Virus record (IMG/VR): IMGVR_UViG_3300025466_001905
Coordinates: 1 to 64,000 of that record
Strand: one strand, 5' to 3'
Source: a virus
DNA length: 64,000 bases
Position numbers and translations under genes: made by a program. Positions 18,025-26,493 of the stretch are shown here, one piece after another. The notes under the pieces are model-generated. The model had not been told where the DNA came from, did not search any database, and saw nothing but the letters and a program-made list of their open reading frames with translations. The number at the start of each line of letters is the position of its first letter. Within the stretch, counting starts at the first letter, position 1.

Positions 18025-18684
18025 ATGAATATCTGTGTCATAGGTGGTGGTAGAAATTTTGGCAAAGATTTCTGTGATCGTGCACACCTGGACGGGCACA
18101 ATGTGAGAATACTTTCCCATAAAGACTACAAGAATAATAATGCCAGACATACAAGTGCAAATTTCAATGATTATGATCAGTTGCTTGATGCATTTAATTG
18201 CCTGACAGACGATCTTGATCAAATTGATATCTTTTTGTATAATTCAACCACAACAGATAAATTGGGTAAAGCTTATTACAAATCTACATGCCGAGTGAAT
18301 TATCACGCACACATTGATCAATTAAATGTGCATGTGATTGTGCCGCATTTGTTGTGTGTTGAAGCATTGAAAAAAATGAATTCCAACAGTAAAATTATTT
18401 TTATGACATCGGGCATGGGTAATTTTGATCAATACAAACACAGCGGAATGACTGATGTTGCAGCCTATGCAGGCGGCAAAGCATATCAGAATTTTCTTAT
18501 GGCAGCATTTGCTGACCACAATGATAAAAATGCCATTGTTGCATCCATGTCACCTCATTTTGACTATAACAATATGGAAAACTATAAACCAGTTTTTGAA
18601 GTCTGCTATAAAAAAATACTGGCATTGACTTATCATGATAATGGTAAAATAATAACTATGAATGATATTAAAAATATTGTATAA
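18025..18684 (+). CDS. short-chain dehydrogenase/reductase
   Basis: Rossmann motif VIGGGRNFG, MTS, YxxxK (YAGGK). Confidence 0.75.
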   Translation: MNICVIGGGRNFGKDFCDRAHLDGHNVRILSHKDYKNNNARHTSANFNDYDQLLDAFNCLTDDLDQIDIFLYNSTTTDKLGKAYYKSTCRVNYHAHIDQLNVHVIVPHLLCVEALKKMNSNSKIIFMTSGMGNFDQYKHSGMTDVAAYAGGKAYQNFLMAAFADHNDKNAIVASMSPHFDYNNMENYKPVFEVCYKKILALTYHDNGKIITMNDIKNIV

Positions 18685-18694
18685 TTACTGTATT

Positions 18695-18768
18695 GTCTCG
18701 CTGGTGTAATGGCAGCACGTGGGTCTCCAAAACCCTTGGTCGGAGTTCGAATCTCTGGCGGGATGCCA
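18695..18768 (+). tRNA. tRNA-Trp(CCA)
   Basis: Anticodon loop CT-CCA-AA, G73, CCA. Confidence 0.92.
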
Positions 18769-18776
18769 AGAACAAT

Positions 18777-18854
18777 GCAACGGTGGCAGAGTGGTCCAAT
18801 GCAACGGATTGCAAATCCGTAAAGCCGTAGGTTCAAATCCTACCCGTTGCTCCA
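18777..18854 (+). tRNA. tRNA-Cys(GCA)
   Basis: ACGGA-TT-GCA-AA-TCCGT, U73, CCA. Confidence 0.93.
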
Positions 18855-18858
18855 TACA

Positions 18859-18935
18859 GGGCCGTTAGCTCATTTGGTTAGAGCAGAGGACTCATAATCC
18901 TTTGGTGGAGTGTTCGAATCACTCACGGCCCACCA
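18859..18935 (+). tRNA. tRNA(CAT), probably Ile2 (lysidine-modified), otherwise elongator Met
   Basis: GGGCCGTTAGCTCA...GACTCATAATC...CCA, no initiator features. Confidence 0.85.
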
Positions 18936-18969
18936 TTTTACTGTGTTGTTTTTATGCAACAGCAGTGAT

Positions 18970-18998
18970 TTGACACAAAATTCACGATTTGCTATAAT
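18970..18998 (+). promoter_or_regulatory. sigma70-type promoter
   Basis: Consensus TTGACA-17 nt-TATAAT. Confidence 0.85.
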
Positions 18999-19023
18999 AA
19001 CTACATATACATAAAGGACTGTT

Positions 19024-20298
19024 ATGAGCGCAACAACAACAGAAAACAAAGATGCCAGTAAATTTGCCAATCTGCTTGGCCCTACTATCAGCTCAGAAGA
19101 TCGTGACGCTAGAGAAAAACTGATCACTGCCAGGGTTGGATTGTTGCTCAAGGCCAGTTTCTTTGGCAATTTGGCCACTCGTCTCAAATTGGTCAATGCA
19201 GATGAATGGTGTGGCACTGCTGCCACAGACGGCAGAAACTTCTACTACAACAGCCGTTTTATCCGAATGCTCAAACCCAAAGAAGTTGAATTCTTGTTTG
19301 GTCATGAAGTGTTGCATTGTGTGTATGATCACTTTGGTCGTAGAGGCGACAGAAATCCTCAATTGTACAACATTGCCAGTGACTATTGTGTCAACGCAGA
19401 CTTGAAGAAACACCGTGTGGGAGAGTTCATAACATCTGTTCCTTGCTTGTATGACGAAAAATACGAAGGCATGAGTTCTGAAGAAATCTATGATATCTTG
19501 TATGAAAACGCAGAAAAGATTGATATCGGCAGTCTTGTTGACAAAATGATTGACGACCACATGGATGGCCAAGGCGACGGCTCTGGTGATGGTGATGACG
19601 AAAGCAAAGGTCGACCCCGACTCACTGAAGAAGAACGCCAACAGATCCGTGACGAGATCAAAGAAGCAGTGTTAGCGGCCGCGTCAGCCGAAGCCAATGG
19701 TGCTGGCAATATTCCTGCAGGTGTACGCAAGATCATTGAAAATCTCACTGCACCCAAAATGAACTGGCGCGAACTGTTGCGTATGCAATTGGAGAGCACT
19801 ATCAAATCTGACTATACCTGGATGCGGGCCAGTCGCAAAAGTTGGCACATGGATGCTGTCATGCCTGGCCGCAAGCCCGACGAGCTGATTGATATTGCTG
19901 TCATGATTGATATGTCAGGGTCAATTAGTTCGGAAATGTCACGAGACTTTTTGAGCGAAGTGGCAGGCATCATGGAACAGTTCAACAGCTACAAAATACA
20001 CGTGGCCACATTTGATACTGAAGTGTACAATCCACAACAATATGACAGTGAAAATCTTGACTCCATTACTGACTATGATCTCCAAGGCGGTGGCGGCACA
20101 GACTTTGAATGCATGTACAACTATTTGAAAGAAGCTGATATCCAGCCCAAGCGCCTGGTGGTGTTCACAGATATGTATCCATATGGATCATGGGGTGATC
20201 CAATATATTGTGATACAGTTTTTGTAGCACACGGAACTACCAGTATTGTAGCACCATATGGCACCACAACATATTATGAAGAAGAAACTAAATCATAA
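19024..20298 (+). CDS. metallopeptidase-like plus VWA domain protein (DUF2201-type, MoxR partner)
   Basis: TAATDG, HEVLH zinc motif, acidic linker, MIDAS DMSGS, GGGGTDF, FTD. Confidence 0.88.
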   Translation: MSATTTENKDASKFANLLGPTISSEDRDAREKLITARVGLLLKASFFGNLATRLKLVNADEWCGTAATDGRNFYYNSRFIRMLKPKEVEFLFGHEVLHCVYDHFGRRGDRNPQLYNIASDYCVNADLKKHRVGEFITSVPCLYDEKYEGMSSEEIYDILYENAEKIDIGSLVDKMIDDHMDGQGDGSGDGDDESKGRPRLTEEERQQIRDEIKEAVLAAASAEANGAGNIPAGVRKIIENLTAPKMNWRELLRMQLESTIKSDYTWMRASRKSWHMDAVMPGRKPDELIDIAVMIDMSGSISSEMSRDFLSEVAGIMEQFNSYKIHVATFDTEVYNPQQYDSENLDSITDYDLQGGGGTDFECMYNYLKEADIQPKRLVVFTDMYPYGSWGDPIYCDTVFVAHGTTSIVAPYGTTTYYEEETKS

Positions 20299-20885
20299 TC
20301 TTCATACAATTGGTCAAGTGTTTTATCTGATTTTTTGTGTTTTTTATAGTTATCTTGATCGCTGATGAGTCTTAAATTTGATATGTCAGATACTACATTT
20401 ATTGGCACATCATTTAAGAATCCATCAGTGACACTATAAATGTGATCCACATGCCAATGTTTGCTTCGTTTGTTATCAGGATCAATTAGTTGTTGATGTC
20501 TATAGTATTGTGTTTCTGCATATTGATGACATCTACGGCTGTATTGATTTCTTGTTAGCCCATCAACTGTAAACTTTTTATTCTTGTAAACTTCTGCCCA
20601 GTAGTCGGATCGTTGTTCAGACAAAACTTTTTTAACGGATTCTGCTTTGCTTACATTATCTACTCCGTATTTTTCAAATGCTTTTTCGCGGCGAATACAT
20701 TTGACAGATTCAAGCGAGCTAGCGTTTTCTACTCCATATCTTTCCATGGTGGTAGAACGCATTTTGGCTAAAATAGAAGAGCACCCTGCAGGTCGGTAAG
20801 CACAGACATATGTGCCTTTTTTGGTTTGATGAATTGCTTTTTGACCACATCCATAATGGCAAAAATTTTGAGAAATAAATATCAT
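20274..20885 (-). CDS. HNH homing-endonuclease-like protein
   Basis: CHYGCG zinc motif, two E(R/K)YGVxNxS repeats, HVDHIYS...NLRLI...N. AAGGAG SD 8 nt before ATG 20885. Confidence 0.75.
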   Translation of the reverse strand: MIFISQNFCHYGCGQKAIHQTKKGTYVCAYRPAGCSSILAKMRSTTMERYGVENASSLESVKCIRREKAFEKYGVDNVSKAESVKKVLSEQRSDYWAEVYKNKKFTVDGLTRNQYSRRCHQYAETQYYRHQQLIDPDNKRSKHWHVDHIYSVTDGFLNDVPINVVSDISNLRLISDQDNYKKHKKSDKTLDQLYEDYDLVSSS

Positions 20886-20960
20886 TGCTGGCACTCCTTT
20901 TCAGTGTTAGAGTAGTTGGATATTTCCAGTATCGCGAACTACACACTTATTTAGTGCCAG

Positions 20961-20989
20961 TTGACAAATAAATTTCAACATGTTATAAT
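20961..20989 (+). promoter_or_regulatory. sigma70-type promoter
   Basis: Consensus TTGACA-17 nt-TATAAT. Confidence 0.85.
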
Positions 20990-21007
20990 ACATTTATGGA
21001 GTTAAAA

Positions 21008-21136
21008 ATGAGAACTGTGGTAGATTGTTTAATAATTGTGGCCTTGTGGGAATTTCTGTATTTCAATCTAACTGCAATTCCCAAACAAGACTACATTCAC
21101 AATAATCCTTATGTATACAGTTGGGTAAGACAATGA
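21008..21136 (+). CDS. small hydrophobic protein (42 aa, absent from the ORF track)
   Basis: GGAG SD, MRTVVDCLIIVALWEFLYFNL..., ATGA overlap with the next gene. Confidence 0.6.
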   Translation: MRTVVDCLIIVALWEFLYFNLTAIPKQDYIHNNPYVYSWVRQ

Positions 21137-21318
21137 ATGAAAATCTAAGAAAATTGATGCTGGAGGCTGGCTATGCGGCTTCAGAGTTGGCCGGGCGTGC
21201 TCAACCATTGGCCGAGTTGATCATACAAGAATGCGTTACTGCAATAGAATCCACTGATAGACACCGCAGTGATTACTTTACGGCAAAGATTCGGGAGCAT
21301 TTCGGAGTTGAAGAATGA
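21133..21318 (+). CDS. small protein, MNE...EHFGVEE family
   Basis: LAELIIQEC...IREHFGVEE. Confidence 0.75.
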   Translation: MNENLRKLMLEAGYAASELAGRAQPLAELIIQECVTAIESTDRHRSDYFTAKIREHFGVEE

Positions 21319-21533
21319 AAAATCTATTTAAGCAAACACGAGTTGTGTATGATGCACACTTGAAAGAATATAACGTACAATATAAGAATTTTCTGGTTTG
21401 GAAATTCGTGGAATGTTATAAAGTGTCTGAGCATCTTCCTGATGAACGAGCAAAAGAACTTGCTATAACCCAAGCAAAGAATATGTTAGATACTGTTGAA
21501 GTGTATCGTAGTCCCAAACCTTATTATATGTAA
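21315..21533 (+). CDS. hypothetical protein
   Basis: ATGA overlap, with its SD inside the upstream repeat. Confidence 0.7.
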   Translation: MKNLFKQTRVVYDAHLKEYNVQYKNFLVWKFVECYKVSEHLPDERAKELAITQAKNMLDTVEVYRSPKPYYM

Positions 21534-21543
21534 GGAGTAAAAA

Positions 21544-21753
21544 ATGAACGAACGAATCAATAAACTGTTTGGACAGGCCATGGATCAATCTATACCAGAA
21601 ACTTGGACTACACTGACCCATTCTCAGTTATCAATACTAAAGGACAAGTTCGCCGAGTTGCTTGTTCGGGAATGTGCTGACTTTTTGAAAGACAAACTGG
21701 ACGACCATTTTGCGGCAGAACAGTTGGAAGAACATTTCGGAGTTGAAGAATGA
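21544..21753 (+). CDS. small protein, MNE...EHFGVEE family
   Basis: AAGGAG SD, FAELLVREC...LEEHFGVEE. Confidence 0.75.
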   Translation: MNERINKLFGQAMDQSIPETWTTLTHSQLSILKDKFAELLVRECADFLKDKLDDHFAAEQLEEHFGVEE

Positions 21754-21989
21754 ACGAACGAATCCGACAGTTAGCAACAGAAGTTGGCATTAGTGTTGAA
21801 TACTTAAACAATACCAAACAGTGGCCATTGATAGAGGCATTAGCCGAGTTGATTGTGAAGGAATGTGTTGATTGTGCTCGCGGAGCAGGTCTTGCCGACG
21901 ATGTTGCAGTACGAAATACACTTGGATTCAATGATGGTATTGCAGAAGCAGTAACTCATATAAAGAAACATTTTGGAGTTGAACTATGA
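21750..21989 (+). CDS. small protein, MNE...HFGVE family
   Basis: LAELIVKEC...IKKHFGVEL. Confidence 0.75.
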   Translation: MNERIRQLATEVGISVEYLNNTKQWPLIEALAELIVKECVDCARGAGLADDVAVRNTLGFNDGIAEAVTHIKKHFGVEL

Positions 21990-22336
21990 TTATTTTAAAC
22001 ACATCAAATCGTCCCGCACCGCCGGTGAATACTGCATCCAATTTAAATATTGCGTATATCACAGACTTTGCACCTGGCTCTCCACCTGCCAACAATATCT
22101 TCCTGGCCTATCAAATAGCACAAGGGTCACATCCAGGTTCTGCTATTTTAATAAATACACCTTTCTATACTGCACCAGATACACCGCAGTATGCAGCCAT
22201 GCCGTCAATCACAAGTGTGCTCAAACCGCCGGTTGCACCAGTGTATGATGCCAACTATGCCATGCTGGTAGGAACCAATCCACTGGGTGCCATATTGGGG
22301 TACAATGCTCCTCTTCTCAATCCTATACATTCATGA
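21986..22336 (+). CDS. Pro/Ala-rich hypothetical protein
   Basis: 116-aa ORF coupled by ATGA overlaps. Confidence 0.65.
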   Translation: MIILNTSNRPAPPVNTASNLNIAYITDFAPGSPPANNIFLAYQIAQGSHPGSAILINTPFYTAPDTPQYAAMPSITSVLKPPVAPVYDANYAMLVGTNPLGAILGYNAPLLNPIHS

Positions 22337-22533
22337 ACATAGACGATTTAATTCATATCTTTCGCCCTCAGATCCAACAAGGCACTAAAAAATTACACTA
22401 CATGTTGATAGAAGACCTACATGTAAAAATACAACATCATCCTGTGGATAGATTGGAAGAGTTGATTCCAGTATTAAAAAATTTCCAATTCGAAGGCTAC
22501 AAGCCCGGGCATATAGCGAGGTTTGTGAAATGA
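22333..22533 (+). CDS. hypothetical protein
   Basis: ATGA overlap. Confidence 0.6.
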   Translation: MNIDDLIHIFRPQIQQGTKKLHYMLIEDLHVKIQHHPVDRLEELIPVLKNFQFEGYKPGHIARFVK

Positions 22534-22686
22534 AAGAATATCTAATCGAATTTGATGTGTCTTTGTGGGACTATGTGTTATACTACCGGAGTGAGAAGTA
22601 TACATTAAAAACTCTTGATCGCAGGCGAGCACATGAATTGGCAGAATTAAAAATGTCATGTGTAGACAGACAGGAAACAAATCATA

Positions 22687-22860
22687 ATGAAACAGTTTTT
22701 TGATTGGTGTAAACAATACTATGTAGAGATCACATGGTTTCTCATAGGCTGGTTGGTGCTGTCTGCCATGATCAATATTGGCAATGAAAATTATCTTGTG
22801 GCATTCACCAACATAGTGCTGGCAGGTGCCAACTACTTACTTTATAGGAACAAATTATGA
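22687..22860 (+). CDS. small two-TM membrane protein (57 aa, absent from the ORF track)
   Basis: MKQFFDWCKQYYVEITWFLIGWLVLSAMI...AFTNIVLAGANYLL, ATGA overlap with 22857. Confidence 0.6.
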   Translation: MKQFFDWCKQYYVEITWFLIGWLVLSAMINIGNENYLVAFTNIVLAGANYLLYRNKL

Positions 22861-23384
22861 TCACACTCAAACAATGGATGGAACTGGTTGACTACAGAAT
22901 CACCGAAGGCACTGACTATCTTCTAGCAGGTCAAAGTCTTTTTTCACTGAATTCCTGGAACAGCCGTTACAGCGATGGTGGCTACAGCATGGAGATTGTG
23001 TTTGATCAAAAGACACAAGATGTGTACTTGGTAGAAGTGTGTGATTATCAACGCAATCGTGCCTACAGATTGATCAATCCTGACCACGCAGATCTTGAAT
23101 ATGACAAAACTGCCTGGGACGATGTAGCATGGACGGATCTTGATGTTGAAGCAGACTGGTTGGAAAAAGCCACTGCTATCATTGCTGGTCTAGATTATGA
23201 TACTCGTGTGCAAATGACCATTGACCTACCACATGATCAACTGCACAAACTCATGCTACAGGCACATCAAGCAGATATCACGCTGAATCAACATATTGTA
23301 AAAATTCTGCATGGGGTCATGGAAGATCGCCGTCTAGAAGAAATCGCTGAATCAATCGTACCCAGGGCAAACTTCCGTGATTAA
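22857..23384 (+). CDS. hypothetical protein with a C-terminal ribbon-helix-helix-like motif
   Basis: IDLPHDQLHKLMLQAHQADITLNQHI resembles a HicB/CopG-type RHH. Confidence 0.6.
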   Translation: MITLKQWMELVDYRITEGTDYLLAGQSLFSLNSWNSRYSDGGYSMEIVFDQKTQDVYLVEVCDYQRNRAYRLINPDHADLEYDKTAWDDVAWTDLDVEADWLEKATAIIAGLDYDTRVQMTIDLPHDQLHKLMLQAHQADITLNQHIVKILHGVMEDRRLEEIAESIVPRANFRD

Positions 23385-23766
23385 AGGTATTTTTAGCAAA
23401 AACAGCAAGTGGGTAGATGTCTCAGGATCTCACTATACAAGTTCTGTTTATATAGATAACCACAAGGTTCAACAGGGCATTGCAGGGCAAGTCAGACACA
23501 ACGGTAATGAATTTGAAATCAACGATGGCAACGGTTGGAAAGTTCTCTACGACAACATGGTAGAAGTGGGGCTATCACCGTTGGCACAAGAAGCTCTGGC
23601 CTGGGCAGAAAAAAAGATGGCCGTGGAACGCCAAGCAGAAGAATTGGCACGACACAATGTCACAGTCAAAGACGCTTTAGATCTTTATCAACAACAGATT
23701 ACAGATGCTGAACATCAACTAAAAATGGTTGTGGCATTGGTACAAGATTACGCCCAATCAGTTTAA
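23377..23766 (+). CDS. hypothetical protein with a coiled-coil C-terminus
   Basis: 129-aa ORF. Confidence 0.65.
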   Translation: MIKGIFSKNSKWVDVSGSHYTSSVYIDNHKVQQGIAGQVRHNGNEFEINDGNGWKVLYDNMVEVGLSPLAQEALAWAEKKMAVERQAEELARHNVTVKDALDLYQQQITDAEHQLKMVVALVQDYAQSV

Positions 23767-23768
23767 CC

Positions 23769-23793
23769 AAAAAGCCCGTTTACAGGGCTTTTT
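23769..23793. terminator. intrinsic terminator, possibly bidirectional
   Basis: AAAAAGCCC-GTTTACA-GGGCTTTTT. Confidence 0.8.
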
Positions 23794-23840
23794 CAATGAC
23801 AAAAATATTTTCTAAAACGATTTAACAAGTAAATATCTAC

Positions 23841-24059
23841 ATGGAAGACACAACACAACCCGTAACAATCACAATTCAGGATCTCGATGTACTTAAAAAC
23901 ATTGTGGATCTTGCATCAGCTCGCGGCGCGTTTCGCGGAGCAGAACTAGCCGAAGTTGGTGCAGTTTATAATAAGCTGACTCAATTTCTTGAAGCAGTAG
24001 TAGCACAGGCCAAAGCACAAGCTGATGCAACAGAGCAACCAACCAATCCAGGAGAATAA
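23841..24059 (+). CDS. hypothetical protein
   Basis: 72-aa ORF 5 nt after a TAAATA motif. Confidence 0.7.
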   Translation: MEDTTQPVTITIQDLDVLKNIVDLASARGAFRGAELAEVGAVYNKLTQFLEAVVAQAKAQADATEQPTNPGE

Positions 24060-24060
24060 C

Positions 24061-24819
24061 ATGGCATTTATAAAACACGTGGGTAAAATAGGAGATCGCA
24101 AAGTTTGCGTGCTGTTTAGACAGGTACCCGGCGAGGATCACATGTGCTTGATCATTCATCCTGAAACACTGCCTGCACACTGGCAAGATGCGGTACAAAA
24201 AGTCATCGAAAGTGATATTGGTCAGCAGGCCGAAGAACTAGCAGATGCCTTGCATCGTAGTCTGTTGCCAGATGGTCGTCCTATCTTGGAAACATTCCAC
24301 AACGAGCGCATGATCAAAAAAGTGCGTACCGCAGATGTGATCATGACTCCCAATACCAATTCCAGCATTAGACTGGATGAACTCAACAAAATGTTGAATG
24401 AAATGAAACAGGGTACAGATGCCATCAAACGCATGGCGCAGAATGATGCCAGCCGCGGACTTGTTGAGCCCGGAGTCAAACGTGCCGCTGAAGCTGAATA
24501 CAAGCGAGGTCGTGCCGAAAAAGCAGATCCCAACTATGTTGCGCCACCCATGCTCAAAGCAGGCCAAGATGGGGCACTCACAGATCGCGACATTGCAGCC
24601 AACATGTTGGCACAGGCCAAGGCCATGGAACTCAACGCCAAACAAATGGTTGCCGAAGCAGCTCGCATGAAGAAAGATGCTGAGCGCATGGATCCCACTG
24701 TGAATGCAAAAAATGCCAAAACAGCCAAAATAGAAACTGCACCAGTGGTAGCAGAAACTGCACCAGCACCCAAAGCTCGACGTTCTAAGGCCAAAGTTGC
24801 AGATGCCACAGTTCAGTGA
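24061..24819 (+). CDS. hypothetical phage protein with an Ala/Lys-rich C-terminus
   Basis: GGAG SD before ATG 24061. Confidence 0.75.
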   Translation: MAFIKHVGKIGDRKVCVLFRQVPGEDHMCLIIHPETLPAHWQDAVQKVIESDIGQQAEELADALHRSLLPDGRPILETFHNERMIKKVRTADVIMTPNTNSSIRLDELNKMLNEMKQGTDAIKRMAQNDASRGLVEPGVKRAAEAEYKRGRAEKADPNYVAPPMLKAGQDGALTDRDIAANMLAQAKAMELNAKQMVAEAARMKKDAERMDPTVNAKNAKTAKIETAPVVAETAPAPKARRSKAKVADATVQ

Positions 24820-25114
24820 TGAATTTTTAGACCAATGGGAACAGATCATTGCAGGCGTAAGCAAAACTGAAGTTCCCCTGGAATGCATCAAGAAAGTTAT
24901 TCTTAGGTTCCCTGGTCGACAACAACAAACTATCAATCTACATACTTTGAGAAAACAAGGTCTTGATTACGAAGATATTGAAGCTTTGTTAACCAGAACT
25001 TTTACTGAGCTCGACGATAAAATACGAGATGTAGATTTTGTCGTAGATATCACTGCAGTAGCAGAGATGGTTCAACCCGAAACAGATAAATTATTAGGAA
25101 AACTTAAAAATTGA
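24803..25114 (+). CDS. hypothetical protein
   Basis: ORF overlapping its neighbours in the operon. Confidence 0.7.
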   Translation: MPQFSDEFLDQWEQIIAGVSKTEVPLECIKKVILRFPGRQQQTINLHTLRKQGLDYEDIEALLTRTFTELDDKIRDVDFVVDITAVAEMVQPETDKLLGKLKN

Positions 25115-25776
25115 ATGTACAACTTATATCATATTCGCAGCCCACTGGAGAATTTGCTGAATTGGGCATCCAAGATGCCCAGCATCTTGTGGCATTTTGT
25201 GCCCGGGTCTCAAATCCCTCCAATCAACTAACTACCGAAACCAGTGAAAAACTCATCAAGCACCTCATCCGCAACTCGCACTGGAGCCCATTGGAAATGG
25301 TTTCAGCATGCTTGGAAATTACGACAACACGAGATATTGCACGGCAAATCCTACGCCACAGATCGTTCAGTTTCCAGGAGTTTAGCCAACGCTACGCTGA
25401 TCCAACAGAGGATCTTGGCTTTGTTACCAGATCTGCCAGATTGCAAGACACAAAAAATAGACAAAACAGTATAGAGGTTGATGATCCCGAACTAGAATCT
25501 TGGTGGCAAGACCAACAAAAAATGTTGATTGAACAAGTACAAACCATTTATGATGCGGCCTTGGATAGAGGCATTGCTAAAGAACAGGCTCGGGCTGTGT
25601 TGCCTGAAGGGTTGATTGAAAGTAGACTGTACATGAATGGCACTTTGCGATCATGGATTCATTTTATAGAGTTACGCAGTGCCAATGGAACTCAGCTAGA
25701 GCATCAAGCAGTGGCACTGGCCTGTGCTCGGGTGATAGCAAAAATATTTCCCATGGCCACTGACTTGGTTGCTTGA
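25111..25776 (+). CDS. thyX: FAD-dependent thymidylate synthase
   Basis: HWSPLE, RQILRHRSFSFQEFSQRY (RHRx7S motif), EQARAVLP. Confidence 0.95.
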   Translation: MNVQLISYSQPTGEFAELGIQDAQHLVAFCARVSNPSNQLTTETSEKLIKHLIRNSHWSPLEMVSACLEITTTRDIARQILRHRSFSFQEFSQRYADPTEDLGFVTRSARLQDTKNRQNSIEVDDPELESWWQDQQKMLIEQVQTIYDAALDRGIAKEQARAVLPEGLIESRLYMNGTLRSWIHFIELRSANGTQLEHQAVALACARVIAKIFPMATDLVA

Positions 25777-25800
25777 TTTTGTCAACTGTACTAATAGCAT

Positions 25801-26145
25801 ATGGCAACAACTTTTCAACATCACAAGGATAACTGGTCTGAGTTATTCCAGGCACCGTATACAAAAATTATCAACGGTAAAGCTGTAAAATTTTCTGATG
25901 TTGTAGTGCATTCTTTTCCAATGGGAGACGTAGAAGACCCAGACTTATATGCTGGGCAACCTTTGTTTGAATGGCAAGAGTCTGAATCGGGTAAATGGGT
26001 CATGGCACATGCTGCAGATAAACCTTATTGGGTCCGACGAGCAGACTCATATAACTATGGATTTAGATTTTACATATTTGCAAGATTAAGCAAAGCTGAT
26101 CAAGTATATTGGCAATTAAAATGGGGAAATAAAAATGACAGTTGA
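25801..26145 (+). CDS. hypothetical protein, F/W-x-L-K-W family
   Basis: GDVEDPDLYA, ends DQVYWQLKWG. Confidence 0.7.
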   Translation: MATTFQHHKDNWSELFQAPYTKIINGKAVKFSDVVVHSFPMGDVEDPDLYAGQPLFEWQESESGKWVMAHAADKPYWVRRADSYNYGFRFYIFARLSKADQVYWQLKWGNKNDS

Positions 26146-26485
26146 ACAGATATATTATGCAACACTTTTCAGTGCAGTATCAATTAGTGCGCTATATACT
26201 TTTATTTCCTGGAGTCATATCCAAAAATGTTATGCCATGTTGTTTAAAAAAGACTATTGGACTGACTATAACACAATTGAATTTGTATCGTGGACGGCCA
26301 AAGCAATTATTATTATTCCAGGGTTAATATTTGGAATCAATATTTGGCAATTTTATTATGTAACTTTAATCACATCGGCAACACTGATCTGGGCCAGTCG
26401 TAAAAAGTCCTTACCTACCTTGGTAGCATTTAATACCATGTGGTTTTGGTTGAGTGCCATGGTACTGGCACAACATTTAATTTAA
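26135..26485 (+). CDS. multi-pass membrane protein
   Basis: About four hydrophobic segments. Confidence 0.65.
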   Translation: MTVEQIYYATLFSAVSISALYTFISWSHIQKCYAMLFKKDYWTDYNTIEFVSWTAKAIIIIPGLIFGINIWQFYYVTLITSATLIWASRKKSLPTLVAFNTMWFWLSAMVLAQHLI

Positions 26486-26493
26486 GGAAACAG

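Larger units (their letters stand above)
21298..21989 (+). repeat. three dispersed 21-bp repeats CATTT(C/T)GGAGTTGAA(GA/CT)ATGA
   Basis: Copies at 21298-21318 and 21733-21753 (identical) and 21969-21989. Confidence 0.85.

Noticed and set aside
21298-21989. Possible CRISPR array
   Set aside because: The repeats are coding, only 21 bp long, and 200-400 bp apart. No cas genes are present.
24238-24936. 232-aa antisense ORF and the many other short opposite-strand ORFs (for example 18870-19226, 19093-19641, 41191-41754)
   Set aside because: They are shadows of well-supported genes or tRNAs, with no motifs or RBS.
25111-25776. thyX as a novelty or as evidence of DNA hypermodification
   Set aside because: It is a canonical ThyX, common in phages, and no base hydroxymethylase is visible.
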